Notes: generated from the sequence alone by a model not told the origin. A DNA stretch of 62,417 nucleotides, filler included, from Rhabdomonas costata (GCA_019059605.1; 22 parts of 22 records of this genome joined end to end with filler, not necessarily neighbours in it); one strand, 5' to 3'. Shown: positions 46,281 through 60,754, counted from the whole stretch's first letter. Translations and numbers: made by a program.

Positions 46281-47638
46281 CTGCGCTTCGTCCTCGTTCT
46301 CGGGGTTGTTGTACCGGTTGAAGTCCTGTGAGTTTTTGTGGGAGTTGTGGGGGAATCAGAGAATGGAGGCCGTGTGTGTGTGTGCCTGAGGGGCACATGT
46401 GTGCAATGTGAGCAAGGTTATCACTGTGTGGGTGCATAATTTGGAAAAAGCCATTCTCTGTTCATCGTTCGGGAGAGCAAGAGAAGTGAAAGAAGAAAAG
46501 CAGCTGTTGTCCTACAACCACCCCTGACGCGTTGCGAGGGAGCTACCTGTCACAATAAACGTAATGAGAGTGCTCTATTACCAGCGGTCATTGCGCGGAA
46601 ACGCCGTCGAGGTAGCGCCAAACAGCGCACATGTGGTAAAGGACGTTATAATCCACTCGATCGCTCCTCTGCAAAATTTCCGCGTTTTCTCCCGAATGCA
46701 ACATCTGATAATCTACGAGCCACGAACCGGGGCAGTGATGTGACGCGACAAGCGAGAAGCTCTGCGATAGGTTTTGAATCAGAAAACATGTTTCCCGACG
46801 CTGGCCAGGTCTCTTGTGCTCGCTGCATGGGAGGGGGTGAGGCTGTGTCCCAAGCGGCGTCTCCTGAGGAGTTTTGTGATCATCACTGCTATTATTCTTA
46901 TTATCCCTTTTAAGATTGCTTCGGCGGCTCGGTCAATGCACAAAATGGACACCTTGTGAAGGGCTCGAAGCATGATCATCGCCACCATCCCGGAAAGACA
47001 CAAAACTGCGCAGGCACAAGCGGGTCCCAAGTACCAAAGTGCATGAGAACACTACTCTCGTGTGTGCCGCTTTCTACATTCCTTCAAACAACACCGCAGC
47101 CGTCAATTCAAAAGAGAGGCGGAAGCAAACCGCTTACCCGTGTGGTGGATGTACTCTGCGGGTGTGTCTGAGCGAGCTCGCGTATGCGCAAGTGTGCGAG
47201 AGCACTTCAATGAACCATGAACTTACCCCTCGGTACAGGGAAGGGGATGGAGTGATGTTGAAGTGCTCCAAACAGAAAAAAAAACAGAACAAGTTTCGTG
47301 TGGAGTGGACCAGCTGAAGGTCTGTGTGATTCTAATGCGCCACTGAGGTTTCCCTAGGACCCTCGCCCAACAGTAGAGAAAGGTGCCGCCGTTCCGCAAA
47401 TGAGCGGCCACGGAGGCGGGAGAATCGATCGGAGGAGAGCTCCAAACGAACTTGTGCCCCCGTGTGCAAAAAACGTGCCGCGTGGGTGAGCGCGCAAAGA
47501 GCGAGGGTGCACTCACCGATCATCAGGGAATTGACAATGGCGAACCAATGGATGTTCGCGGCGTTGGCGTCCGAGCTGCGTAGGTAGTGGTCCCAGCGGG
47601 AGCTCCACGCAACCTCCTTGTCCTCGACCCACTTCACA
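46281..47638 (-). CDS. TM9SF / endomembrane protein 70 (nonaspanin), internal exons (47517-47638, 46953-47005, 46281-46325)
   Basis: VKWVEDKEVAWSSRWDHYL...IHWFAIVNSLMI|VLCLSGMVAMIMLRALHK|DFNRYNNPENEDEAQ. All junctions are GT-AG and in frame. Confidence 0.93.
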
Positions 47639-49490
47639 CTGCGTCCCCATCACCGAACGTCACCGGACGCAAGATTCACCGACAGCTTTGCCCATGTGCG
47701 ACATTAGAAGTGAGAAATCAAAAAGGACTGCAAAAAAATTCACCATTTTGCACTTACCGAGATCTAGGAACAGATGTCGATATTATCTCACACTGAAAAA
47801 ACATATCCGGTAGCGTCCGAATCGTGATAGGCCATGGGCCCTTTTTGTGTAATACGCGGCCGTTCTTCACATGTACAAGCGACTGTTGCTGCGGTTCCTG
47901 TCCGTGTGATATAACAGGTGATATTACACAATAAGGTCGTGCCTCAACGAAGATGCCCCTTATGGGCATAGATCAAATAGCTTCCAGAAACGTGAGGGTC
48001 GCAAGTATGGCCACTCATTCCTTGGTCTTTCAATACAGTTGCCAGGTTTGGGCGGCTGAATGCCCGGCGTCTGCCGAAGGTATTTTGACAAAAGCTAAAC
48101 GCTTTGCTCCATCGAATCAGCTGCTTCCGGTTCCATCGATCAATCGACCGAGGATACCCAAGGAAGCATTGACACTGGCGACTGGCTGATTACTGAAACG
48201 AACCCATTTGCAACCTAACACCCAATCCCACCCATTCTGTCCCACAACCNNNNNNNNNNNNNNNNNNNNNNNNNNNNNNNNNNNNNNNNNNNNTTAATTA
48301 ATTAANNNNNNNNNNNNNNNNNNNNNNNNNNNNNNNNNNNNNNNNNNNNGGTTTTTTGTTCACGCGTCGTTGTGGAGACATTATTAAACAACCCTGGGTG
48401 CATCATCTCATGAGGATTTCTGATGGGGTTAATATGAGCAAGTTATTACACACTGTTCTTTGTTTGGTGGTCATTCCATGTGAGCAGCCTAATTATTCGC
48501 GCGCACACAATGCAGTTGAACGTGTTTTTATGGGGTTGAAGTTCGAGGCGTAGAATGCAGAATGTATTGCCGGTATTTCTGTGAATTCCCCAATCGTAAA
48601 ACATAATGTACCGCTACTTTTCTTTCCAGTTTTTCGGTTTCGAACCATGACGAAGCTGTGCTGTTTTTTGTGCCGTCTAAGAAAAAGAAAATATGTCTCT
48701 TAATTCATCAATATGCCCTGGCTTGTTGCCTCGCTTTTGCAGGTCACTGAGTTTATCGATGACGCTGGCCCATCTTGTCCACCCCTGACCTTTATTTTCA
48801 GCATTGTGAAAGCCAAGAGTTGACACTTGTGCGAGTCGCATTCCCCCCTCCCCCTTGTGTGTCTTGTGAATAGTGCCGCTTTTTTTGTTGTTGTTTCGGT
48901 TCTTGCGTCTTCGCAGTTTGGAGGCATTGTTTCTTTTCTCTATGGCCAAGTGCGAAGGAGGTTCCGGTTAAGGGTGAGAGGACCAACTATTGCGGACGGT
49001 TTTGGGTTGTGTTTCTTGAAAAATAAGTATCATGTTAAGGTTCTATTATATCCCAAGCGATTCATGCCACGACCACCGTTATCGTTTGTCGCTTTTGCCT
49101 TGTGTGAATCGAAATGAGGGGACGGGTCTCCGGGACAGAGGCCCAGCCAAGCACAAGCACTGCTGAGCCATCCGCTAGGGGACCGAGGAACCAGGTCGTG
49201 TACATATGTACATGTTTCAAAGTGCACATTTATCTCCTGATTCGGCGCAGTGCCAGTTTGGGTTGGGGTCGGTGTTCCCTACACCCCCCGTTCAAGGTGT
49301 CTCACTCGAAATGAACAAAACGAACTTCGAATTAAAACTTGCCGCGTAATACTTGAGGCCCGAAAATGCTGCGGGTCATCCAGGGGCCAAGTGCAGCTTT
49401 TCCGAGCTGGAAGAATATGATAGTGTATATGTGTACGTGTTTTTGTGGTTCAAAATGGTTTGCATAGGCATATCATTGTTTTTTGGAGAA

Positions 49491-50488
49491 ATGTGGGCAG
49501 TTCTGTTCGCTGTGGTCCTTGCCGGGACCGTTCGTGCAAGCCCGCTCCAGATGCAAGTCGACAAGCTGACAATTTCGAGCTTTTGCACGCTTCCGGTACG
49601 GTACCATTACGACTTCAAAGACACGACCAAGTTCGTAACGCTTCAGGAGGGCGATACAAAAAGCTGGACGCAGGCGGATGGTTCGCAGATCGATCTCACT
49701 CAGCGAATCCAATTCTCCTACGCCGACCCCGTGATTACCGACAATGAGGTAACGTTTCATGCCCAGATTGTTCTCTGACTGAGGTTCTGATGATTTTCTA
49801 TTCGTCCGTTGCTGTCGTCTGTTTATAGGTGATCATCGAGCTCAACGGGGGTGTTGGTGGTTTTGGCAAGCTTTACCCACGTTTCAACTTCAACCTGGAC
49901 CAGCAAGAGGGGTTCATTCCGATGAACGTGGAGATGAATATGTGGAAAGACGAGGTTGGTGGGGAGCTCGTTTGCGAGGACGCCAGCATCCGTACCACCT
50001 TCAATATCGCGGACTGCGGCAAGGTGGGGGACACCGTGGTTATCCCGATGCAAGGCTATAGCCGCTGCGCCACTAAGTGGGCCCCTGTCAATGGAACGTA
50101 CTTTCCTCAGGCGTGCACCTCGGATTATGCCGTTTACGTCAACAAGAATTCCTTGTTGTACAGTAAATCCTTGGCGAAGTGGGTTCCGAGCGCTCGCTCT
50201 GTGGGGCTATCCTTTCTGAATTGGACGTTTGCCAAGTTTTCTGACGGACTTGTTCCCTCCACCCCCACCGGGCGCCAGGATAACCTCCCGGCGATCAACT
50301 TCGAATGCTTCGAAGCGCCGTGCAGGTTTCCTCTTCCCGATGGCAATCCTACCTGCAAAGCGGACTACCAGGTTTCTGTGGGTAGTTGTGGGTTCAACAT
50401 GTGCGAAGACTTGAGCCCTTCCACCCCCGAAGTTGTGGGTGTCATGGAAGTTCTTTTGTGCCCTGAGCTTTCGCCTGCCCGTGCTTAA
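49491..50488 (+). CDS. Secreted cysteine-rich protein (~305 aa; exons 49491-49748, 49829-50488), possibly a divergent thaumatin-like fold
   Basis: Signal-peptide-like MWAVLFAVVLAGTVRA, a phase-0 GTAACG..TAG intron of 80 nt, and a complete ORF to TAA. Confidence 0.75.
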
Positions 50489-50545
50489 GCGTTTTCTTCC
50501 ACGTTTTCGCTTTCGCGGTGCATGGCGCTAAACGAGCGAGTTAAT

Positions 50546-50549
<4 letters not shown>

Positions 50550-50579
<30 letters not shown>
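50550..50579. repeat. (GA)n microsatellite
   Basis: About 14 GA units; a shorter run lies near 50726-50743. Confidence 0.9.
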
Positions 50580-50581
<2 letters not shown>

Positions 50582-53500
50582 CAGTCCCTGCTGCCCACCA
50601 CAGCCTCCACGAGCCGAAGAAGAGATCCTCTCTCCCCTTAATTGAGAGAGTTTCATCATCAAGGACCCGGCTCTAGGGGACCCAAGCTCCTGCGCCACCA
50701 CTCATTTCCACATTTCCTCACCCAAAGAGAGAGAGAGAGAGAGACAGCGAAAGCGGAGGGAAAGCTGTTTGAGCAACTGTCAGTTGTAGGGGTTTTCTAT
50801 CTTCTATGTACCGCTCATATATATGCGGTTTAGTGAACGCTTATGGGGGTGCGGAAGGTGGAACCTTCTGGCTCTTTGAGATTTTTGGAGAAGCAGTCCA
50901 TGCATCTTTCTGGAAAGGACGTTCGAACAAGGTGGACTGAGTTTTTTTGTCGCTCTTTGGTGGGACATTGGTTGGGAAACCTATAGGTGAGAGGTTGTCC
51001 TCTGGCCGCTATTTTGACTTTCGTCGACCGACAAGAATACCTATTATTGCTGAATTCTGACAAAAACCTCCATCTCAAAACCCACNNNNNNNNNNNNNNN
51101 NNNNNNNNNNNNNNNNNNNNNNNNNNNNNTTAATTAATTAANNNNNNNNNNNNNNNNNNNNNNNNNNNNNNNNNNNNNNNNNNNNGGGGTGTTGTACTTC
51201 ATCTCTTTGTTGCTCTCTGCTTGCCTCCTCTCGCACTTTTGACCACGCAGCGCGTCTGCTGCGAGAGGAGGCAAGCAGAGAGCAACAAAGAGATGAAGTA
51301 CAATACCTTCCGGAACTTTCAGCTTATGAAACTCCAGCACGTACTGCAGCAGCAGATTGCGCTCCTCCAGAAGGCGACCATCTGAGGCCGACGCCATTGC
51401 CAAAGGCACGTGATGACAGCCTTTGCAATTACAACTTGCCAAACAACTGCGCCTCTGACATATCTGCAGGGCTACTCAGGATGCACACGTCACAAAAAAT
51501 AAGTTGGCAACCCCACTGCAGATAATCGGCTTAGCTGCAGCAGAACCATTGTGTGCGCGGGGTGGGGAAGGGGTTGATCGCCAATATATGGGCTCCAGCA
51601 TATTCCCCAAACAATATGACACCAGACTTTTGGCATAGTCATAATGCACTACCATCCTTTAGCAAAACTGGGTGGGTTGACCTGGGCTGATCGATCACAA
51701 AATGCAAGCGGGCGAAACTAAGCCTTGCTGTTGGAAGCAACAAGCAGTAATTCGTTCAGGTAATCCAAAAGGCCTGCAAAGTGCCCGCCGAGGACCAAGA
51801 AACTTGCGAGCGAAACAATTCGGCAGCAACTGCAGCCATAGCTGAGGTTGCGAAGGGGCTTTCAAAAAGTTCGATGTTCCCGAATTCTCTAATGCGGCGA
51901 TTGCTACGGAATTCCAGATCAAAATGGCACAACGCAAGGGGTCCATCTTTTTCTTGTCAAGCTGAAAGAGTAGCAGAGAAGAAAAAGACGGGGAAAAGAA
52001 AGTAGAGAGAACAGAACAGGACAAAACACAGAGGAACGCAAAAAGGGAGAGAATCCCACAAGCGTATTCCACCGAGGGCTTGCCTCAGCATACGGGGGTT
52101 CGAAATCCACCACACAATTGAAAAGGGCATGTCGTATGTATATGCCCCTCTAAAAAAGCCCGAGTGGGGACTAAACTCGCCACCCTGGGCGGGCGTTGCC
52201 GCATAACGGCTCGCTTCTTGGCGCCTTCTCATCGCGCCCCTCCAGCAACACGATCCGTTTCGCGAACGGAAACCTGTCAGCAACCTAAGGAAGGAAGTGG
52301 GAGGGGGGTCAAAAGGTAAAGGGGGAGGAGAAACGAATGCACTGGTATGGCGGGGACAGGAAGGAGGAACGCAAGGAAGATGATACAAGAATTTGGACAG
52401 TACATTCGCTCGAGGAAAAAGAGCCTGAAAATATCTCCCAGCTTGGATGCCAGGAAGCAGGCAACCGGAAATGAAGGTGGTGGTGGAAATGGCACATAGT
52501 TACACTTGCACCTAAAAGCACAACATACCTGAGCTGATATGAAAAGCAAGGAGCACAGGTCCATGGAGGACGTGAGCGGACGTGAGCGTCGCATGGGAAG
52601 AAACGAAAAGCACGGGCAGTGAGACAGAGAATAGGCGGAGCAATGTAACCGCCATCGATGATCGACAACTGGGAGCTAGAGTACTGGCTACTGGGACGGA
52701 AAGAGAAAGAGATAAGAGAGAGAGAAAGGTGGGGGCGGGGGAACGCCGCAAGGAACAAGCACAAGCGGCCTGACAGAGAAACACCGACGACGTAGGGAGC
52801 GATAGCTCTTTCCAACGGTACCATACCTCACGCGGACCCACCGAAGAAATGCGGTGGATGGTGGTAGCGGTGGAGGGAGGCAGGAGAGGACAAGAAAGCA
52901 AGAAAGCAAGGAAAGAGGGAGGGGGGGCGGAGTGTGCACTGACGCTTCAAAAAGACAATCTATCTGGACTTATTCCACAACGGCCTTGCCAGCTGGCGGC
53001 AAGGAGATGACGCCCAGCTGGCCCCGGGAGCTTGCCGTGGCGTAGGTAACCGACAGTCGTGGGGCAGTCACCGTGACCCTCTTAGGAAAGGTCAAAACAG
53101 AGAACATGGCTGCCGTTTCCATTACCAGCCGGATGTATGAACCTCTTTTACAAGGCACCCACCCGAAAGAAAATCTGCGGGCTGACATGAGCGGAAATAG
53201 GCGCAGCGGTTTTTTTCTTCAAACGGGGTGCATAAAACACAGCGATAACAGCGCACCACGTACCACGGTGGAAACCCTGCGCAAAAAACAGCCTGGCACA
53301 ATGTGGCACAACAGCGGCAACACATACATATACCGCCGACTTCAGCCAATTACAATCGCACCACCTTCCTGACAAGAAAGAGTGAGTCAGGGGAGGGAAA
53401 GTACAGCCGACAGAATGGTGCCTTCTTTGCTGTGCGCGATCGAAACGCTTAGCAGCAGCACACATAAGACAGGGTCTGGGATAGAACGCGAGCGCGCACA

Positions 53501-56500
53501 CACACACACACATACACACCGGAATTTGAGGAAACTGCACCGTCCGAGGGCAGCGGCTCTGCGGTGGAGGAGTCCGAACGTAGGCAGCGGTGGTCTGTGT
53601 GCATAAGCCGCGCGAGCAGAGGTGAGAAGGTCTGACGAACAAACGCCGCGAGCTTCTGAAATAAGAGGCTCTGCGTAGAGCAAGCCAGCTCAGACGCCGC
53701 AGGACCACCCCGGGGTGCAACACAGCAGCAAAATAAAGCGAAGGAAAGGAAAAGCGAATCGACGTCATCTCCTACCCCAAAACAGCTCCTCGGGATTCGA
53801 TTCTGTTCCCGTTCATTCGTTCGTTTCGCTGCCAGAATATCTCTAAACCCAATCTCCACGTTAAGCCAAGTTAAGAGTGGTGGGCATGAACCCCCGAACT
53901 CTCAGCGCCCAACCACANNNNNNNNNNNNNNNNNNNNNNNNNNNNNNNNNNNNNNNNNNNNTTAATTAATTAANNNNNNNNNNNNNNNNNNNNNNNNNNN
54001 NNNNNNNNNNNNNNNNNGGTGTGAGGTGTAAGGGGTGCGATAGAAAGGGATGACGTTGCTATTTGCCGGATTGTTTTATTGATTGGTTCATTGGTTGAAG
54101 GAACAAAAGCCGGTCTAAGCATCTCGCAGTCAAACTGGTCAGGTGAAAAACTTTCGCCGAAGCAGTTGGTGCGAAAAATACCAATAATCCCAGTAATATG
54201 TGGGAGCACAAGTAAGAGCTAACGCACAAGTAACTGCTAACCATCCAAGTATCCATACTTTGACCTGTCATCTGTCAGGGGACTCAAGCCCCATGCGTAT
54301 CTTCACTACTAAAGCAAAGCTCTTGTGTCACTTTCCCAGGCAGCCTCTCCTTGTTTTGTGTTTCCTCCCTCGAGGATCTTGGTTTTAGTTGCGCTATGAA
54401 GCTGTGGATACACTTCAGTGGTATACGTTTGGCAGAGATTGGGGCGACAGAGAGAGGTTCTCGCGAAACTTTTTGCCCTATGGGCTGAACTGATGTCTGG
54501 AGTGTGCGCTCCCCGTGGGCACCGGTGCCTGCTCCTAGCACTGCTTCTGCTCGCTGGGGTCGCGGTGACCCTCTCATCGGTGGGCTTATTTCTGACTTCG
54601 CTGCCTTGGAGGCGAGCTTTTGCCAGCTCTTCTGTCGGTGACTTGCCCTTGCCCTTGCCCTCGCCTGTGCGGACACCCAATCAGTCATCGTTGTCCTTAC
54701 CCTTGTCCATGCTGCTCATGACTATGTACCGCGGGAGGGTAACGGTTGGAGCTTTTGTTGGTAACGGCCTATATGACTGTCCTTTTGGTTAAACGCGCCT
54801 CTGCCGGACCCCAGCCCAGTGCACGGTCCCTCCACCTCTCCCACTCATCTTCCACAGACCGTAAGCGGTATTAATGAAAGGGGGGGCCTCTGGCCTCTGG
54901 GTGGAATGCTCTGATCAAGGATCGGCCTCGCCGCCACCACACCCGGATGCGTCATCCCATGGCATGACACTTGACTGTAACCCCTTGTTGAGATCAGTTC
55001 TTTGATGCTGCCACAACTCCAACATGTGCTAAAACTTCTGTGATCACCAGCATTACACAATACTTTATACTTTGACCCATTTAAATCCCTTTTCGCACAT
55101 GCCCTCCATTCGTCGTAAACGTCCCTCCAGGGTGTGAAAATGTGCTGGACTTGCCTGCGCCCCCTTGCCTGCGTCTCTGTCAGCACCAACATTGTCTAAA
55201 GTTGAGGGGGGGAGGGGTGCGAGGCCATTCATTCTTGCATTCTTGCAACGGACTGCATGAAATAACATCTTTTTATCAAAGACAACCTGAATAAAAGGCC
55301 AAAAATGAGAAAAACCGCGTTAATATGAAAACTTATCACAGAAATTTGTCACACCTTGTCTCTTCTCCTCGAGCGAGAAGCCCTTTCAGGCAGTATTCTG
55401 CGACTTCCGGCCTTTCTGTCATCTATCATTTTCACAAGCAACCGTTACCCCTCTACCAAGGTCGGTCCCTTGGATGTTACCATCGCCTTTCCCTTCGGTC
55501 ACATCATCATCAGCAACAGAGGCTGGAGCCACCTCCGCAGTGCAGTCGTCTCAGCAAAACCGCTCCGAACTCAGCAGCGGGAGGAGCTCCACGGAAAGCA
55601 GAGGGTGGATGGGAGTCGGGAGTAACCTCAGCGATGCCGGGGGGACGGTTACCGAGGTCGTGTTTCCGCCCTCGCCCTTCCCCAAGGCGCAGGAGCTCCC
55701 GTTCTGGGCCCTTCCTGAGGCCATCCCGGAGAGCGTCGTGGAAAAGGTCTGTACCCCAACCCCCGATCCTATCCTTCACCCTTGTCATGCGTATGAGACT
55801 TCGATGAATAGACTGCCCCGTCTTGTCAGAGCCTCGGTCCGCCATCCACATCTTCAACGCTAGGAATATGCATACGTTGATTTGGATGACCAGAAACCAG
55901 AAGCAAAAAAGCTCTAACCCCTAAACACTCAGGAAAACAGATGGCCCAATTGATTTACGGACAAACCTTCTCGGTTTCGTTATTTTTGCTCTTCTTCAGG
56001 TAATCTACCCCAACATCCCGAAACTCAGAGCTTAGCACGTGACGATTTTCTCTTTTGTACTCCTGGGAAAGGCTCCAAAAATGCCAAAAGTGTTTCTGCA
56101 GGCGCATAGGACGGATTGTTTTGAGTTGAGGGTGTACCTTACTTTGTTTCATAAAGATTTATGCGTCATCGTCTCATCGTGTTGGTGCTATTTGCCATGT
56201 GAAGAAATCGTTCGGGTTACTAGCGCCAAAAGGGAGAAAGAACAGCCTATTTCAAAAGCGGTCTAAGAAACGAAATGTATGGGTGTCGTGAATCACACCC
56301 ATGCACTTTCACTTTCTTGAACGCGGAAGTGGGTTCGGGACGTGTGTATCCCATGGGTGGGTCGTGCCCCCCCCCCCACACACACACGCCATGCACTCGT
56401 CCTAATGCGGTTATTTAGGCCCGGCGGGTTCGATCCGTCGCAGTGGTGGGGCGGTTCATTGGGCTAGGCAACTCCAACATGGCCCCTGTGCTTCATTTCC

Positions 56501-57747
56501 TGACGTGGCTGGCGACCCTGCACGCCCGGGGGCGTGCCCCGGGGAGAATGGTCTCGCCCGCGCTGAATGTAAGCTTCAACCGATGCAACGGCACGGTGGC
56601 GGGCTGTGCGGCGAGCGCGGAGCACATCGCCACGGCCACCATCGTGCTTGTGGTGAGTTTCTCATCCTTCACCCCTGCACAGTTAGGACCAGGGGAACCC
56701 CACGGTCCATTGCCTCACAGATTATTGCTTCAGCTCAATCCTTTCCAAACANNNNNNNNNNNNNNNNNNNNNNNNNNNNNNNNNNNNNNNNNNNNTTAAT
56801 TAATTAANNNNNNNNNNNNNNNNNNNNNNNNNNNNNNNNNNNNNNNNNNNNGGTGTGGGGTGAGCCGAGTATGAGACAACGCATGAACCAGCGGCGTTCT
56901 CGATCAAGAGTCGAGGGCTCTGCCTCTGAGCTACGGCTGGTAGCTTGACGTCGTACCCAAGCGGTTACGGGGTCAGACTCGAAATTTGATAGGTGCCTGC
57001 GCAGGTTCATGTCCTCCGACGAGGTTCATGCGTTGTCTCATACTCGGCTCACTCCCACATCCTTACGCAACGGCAATGGGCATGCGCTTAAACCGTCTGC
57101 AGAGAGGCGCTGGTTAGCGCCGCCACGGGGAAGCCGCTCGCCACTTCCTGAGCCCGCACGGTGCTGTGGTGAGTGGGAACCACCCGAGAGGCCAGCTTCG
57201 CTTTGCTGAACCCTCTGCCACTGGTGGTGTGCAGCAATGGCAGATTCGCGAGGGGGGCCATCTCAGGGACGGCCATCACAGACCAGCCTGTGAGGAAGAA
57301 ACAGCCATTCATAATGGCCTCAAAGAAAAAGGACGGCGACGGAGATGAAGAACCCCACAACACACATTTCTAGTCCTCGCCTCTATGTGCCTGCAACATC
57401 GATGCTTAGCTTGAGCACGCTGTCATGCCTTCCACTAATCAGCGACATCTCTGAACGTTGACTGGTGCTCGATTTCAGAAGGCAAGGTCCCACCGTGCAC
57501 TGCAGAAAGAGAATTTTTGCGCGGCCGGCTGAGAAAGAAAATACGGAAAAGACGGCCTCAACCCTTGCGCACCTATTGAATCAATGCTCTGTCTGATTTC
57601 TAGTATGGCGATGACAGGCTATATAGCTGTGGGCCGGTGAATGGGAATGGAAATGGGAATGGGAATGAGAATGGGAGTGAGTCCGTGAGAGAGTGAGTGA
57701 GTGAGTGAGTGTGTGTGTGTGTGTGTGTTTGGCTGAGGTAACACACC

Positions 57748-59416
57748 TGGGTGAGGGTGGCCTTGAGCGGTGAGCACAAGATCCTCCCCGCTAGCTCCGG
57801 TGTAGTTCCGGGCCAGCCTGACCACGGTGACCTGCTTCGTCAACTCCATCACCACCCCAAGCACCACCGCAGTGGGGGTGAGGGCGCCGTACTGCACCGC
57901 CCCACCAAAGTCCAGGCCCCCGGAGGGGTACGCGGGGTCCAGCAGCCCCGTGGCCGAGCGGAAGACAAGCATGGGCTCCGGGCCGGCGTACACCCGCCCG
58001 TATTCCGTGTCGGAGAGCACGAAGGCGAAGCGCACCGCGAAAGTCCCCATCTTTACCTGTCGGGTGAGGGCCGTTGAGGCACTTTTGGATGATTGAGTCA
58101 GTGGGGGAGAATCAAAATGAATGAGTGGGTGCACGGGTTCCGGACTTTGAGCCCAACGTTTTCAAGGCTCATGGCGATGATCCACAATGCGCCCCCTCCT
58201 CCATGAAGTCGAGCAGACCTTCTGTTTGATTTTGGGGGCGCCAAGGTCCCGTCCCCATCTCCAGTTTCATTCATTTTGGCTCGGTGGTGGACGAACGTTT
58301 AGCGTGTCACTGCTGGTGTTGAAAACCTCAATGGATGGCCATTCGCCATTCGGAAGCAGCTGTGATTTCCCACGGGTCCCCCTTACATACCGCTGTACTT
58401 CAACGTGTGTTACAAAACTCAGTGATCATTTTTCATACTTACCAAGTTTACTATATTTATTTTCCATATTCGGTGTTTTTTGGCATGCGTGTGTTATTTG
58501 CCAGTGTTGGGAAAGCTGATGGAACTACAGGCAATTAATGCTTTGCATTACAATGAATCCTTCCGCCCCTACTATTTTCAATACACACCACGGACAGTTT
58601 TTGAATACAACCTGTGACCAAACTCTGTGATCTTTTTTTTCATATTTTCGGGGGTTTTCTCATTTTGGCCTTTTATTGAGGTTGTCTTTGCTAAAAGGGT
58701 GTCTTTTCCAAGCAGTTCGTGGCCCGGATGCAATAGAGGAAAGCTCGCACCCCCATCAGATTCACACAATGTTGGTGATGAAAGAGGTCTTGTCTTTTTA
58801 CCGGGGGAAGGGAGCGCGGGCAGCTCCAACAGAGTTTCCCACCCTGTAGGGATGCCGTCTAAGGCAAATGGAGGGCCAATGCAAAAAGGGAATTAAATGG
58901 GCCAAAGTAGTAGTGTATATATAGTGGTTATCCCAGAGGTTTTGGCACATGTTGCTCTTGTGTCACGAGTCTGCGTCGTGAGCTCAGAAATGTTCCCGAA
59001 TTGCTCCAGCCAGCCCACCCGTCGTTCTCACCATTTAGTTGTGAAGTGATGCCCTCCTGAAACCCAATAAAAAACAGGTCAAAGGAATAGCAGCTTGTGA
59101 GTCTTGACAATTTTCAGTGCCTCTGTGGGACACGTTGGGACTTTCCAGCGCACCAGTTGGTTTCCTTTGCCTTCTCACACCATGATTAGAAACTCATGTA
59201 CAGGCTGCTTTAAACAAATGTGCACTTTGCCACAGGCCAAGGGGCAAACCCAGCCCGACCCGAGCTGAAAGGGGAAATGAGGGATCGCACGGCGACCTCT
59301 CGGGACAGGGAGAGATTGGTGCTCACTGTGATGAAGTTGTTCTTTTCGCGGCACAGAGGTTCGAGGTACTCGTCGGCACACCGCTCGCAGCTCAGGCCGC
59401 TCCAGTATCCGTTGTC
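57748..59416 (-). CDS. Large extracellular protein with a laminin-type EGF-like module, internal exons (59327-59416, ~58967-59056, ~57748-58056)
   Basis: Exon DNGYWSGLSCERCADEYLEPLC fits GYWxGxxCxxCxxxYxxxxC. Downstream GC3-rich exons are AG/GT-bounded. Confidence 0.55.
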
Positions 59417-60754
59417 CTGAGCGGTAAAGTCAGATCGATCAGCCAGTGTAAGTGTGTAGTGGGGCCTGGGTTTGCCTGGAGACCGATAAAAGGCGAGCTT
59501 ATTATCAATCGCTTTTTGGCTGCCGTGACAAGCAGGGAATCTCTGAGACCATTTTTTACCGAGTAGCTGGCCTCAAGGTAACGTGNNNNNNNNNNNNNNN
59601 NNNNNNNNNNNNNNNNNNNNNNNNNNNNNTTAATTAATTAANNNNNNNNNNNNNNNNNNNNNNNNNNNNNNNNNNNNNNNNNNNNGGTGTTGGGAGAGAG
59701 TGACCCCGATCGGCTCGCACGCTTTTGCAACCTCTGTAATCTCTGCAAACTATATTGAAGACGTTGCGTTCCCTGCTGTGTGGATATCAGTGATTGCTAT
59801 GGCTGTCATTGTCCCGACACTTCCTTCCTCCTTCCCTTTTCATGGAGCAGTAGCACCGATTCCACACATCAACAAGCTTTCCTGCATCTCTCTTTTCTGT
59901 AGTCTCTGAGGTTCTGGGCAGCAAGAGAATTGCATTTCGCTTCATGGAAGCTTGCTTTTCTCTCTCTCTCTTTACGTGTAACTTTGTCTCACTTTCGATG
60001 TTATCTCTGTCCCCCAGGTCACAACTAGATTACAACACAGACGCAAGACTCCCTCCTTCCAATGTATCCCTGGTGGCAGTGTCCCTCCATTCGCTGCAAC
60101 CTCCGGCGTCCCCCGTTGCCCGGTACATATATTGGCTTCCGTTTTGTTGTACTCCTTGTGCTCGTTCACGAACTGTTCCACTTAAGCGTCCTTCGGAGAA
60201 ATCACGAGTGATGTAGAACTCACTATCCTCTTCCTTGGCCCTAGCAGTTCAAACGTTGGCCTCACTTGGAACTTTGCCAGCCGTAGGGACTCCGCTTGTG
60301 TGCGCGACTCCAATCCTGCGACACGTGGCAGTGCTGCGGCAATGAGAAAAACCTCTTTGTTGAGGTGGTGTTCTTCAAATCTCCCGTTCCAGGCATATAT
60401 GCCCGATTTAACGGGTGTTGGCATAAACCACCGTTGGGTCAGTAAAAAGGATTTGCCAAAAAAAGGTTCCCCGCGGCATGTGAAAACCTGTATATAGTTA
60501 AGTATGCAGCGTCGAAGTCCCGAAAAGACATTGTTGGCAAATTCAAAGATGAGACGCACAACCTGGCGAACGGGAACCACGGACTCAAGGGGATGGATTC
60601 TCTAAGATCGAAGGAGAGCGGTGAGGAGGGGAAGAGATAATGCGCACAACGTTGAAAGGTGGGGTTCCAAGCGAGCGTCCTGCTGTCCCCAGTTCCATAG
60701 CACTCTCCTCCCGCCTCGCCGCCCCTATCGCTGAAACTCAGTTGTGCCCCGGAA

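Noticed and set aside
51186-56751. Exon-like segments on contigs 19 and 20 (for example DGRLLEERNLLLQYVLEF and a hydrophobic LLLALLLLAGVAV stretch)
   Set aside because: They are probably coding, but I could not build a consistent exon chain or recognise a family, so they are not called as features.
2780-59641. Regularly spaced TTAATTAATTAA palindromes as a biological repeat or CRISPR-like array
   Set aside because: Each is flanked by exactly 44 Ns on both sides. It is a six-frame-stop linker added during concatenation.
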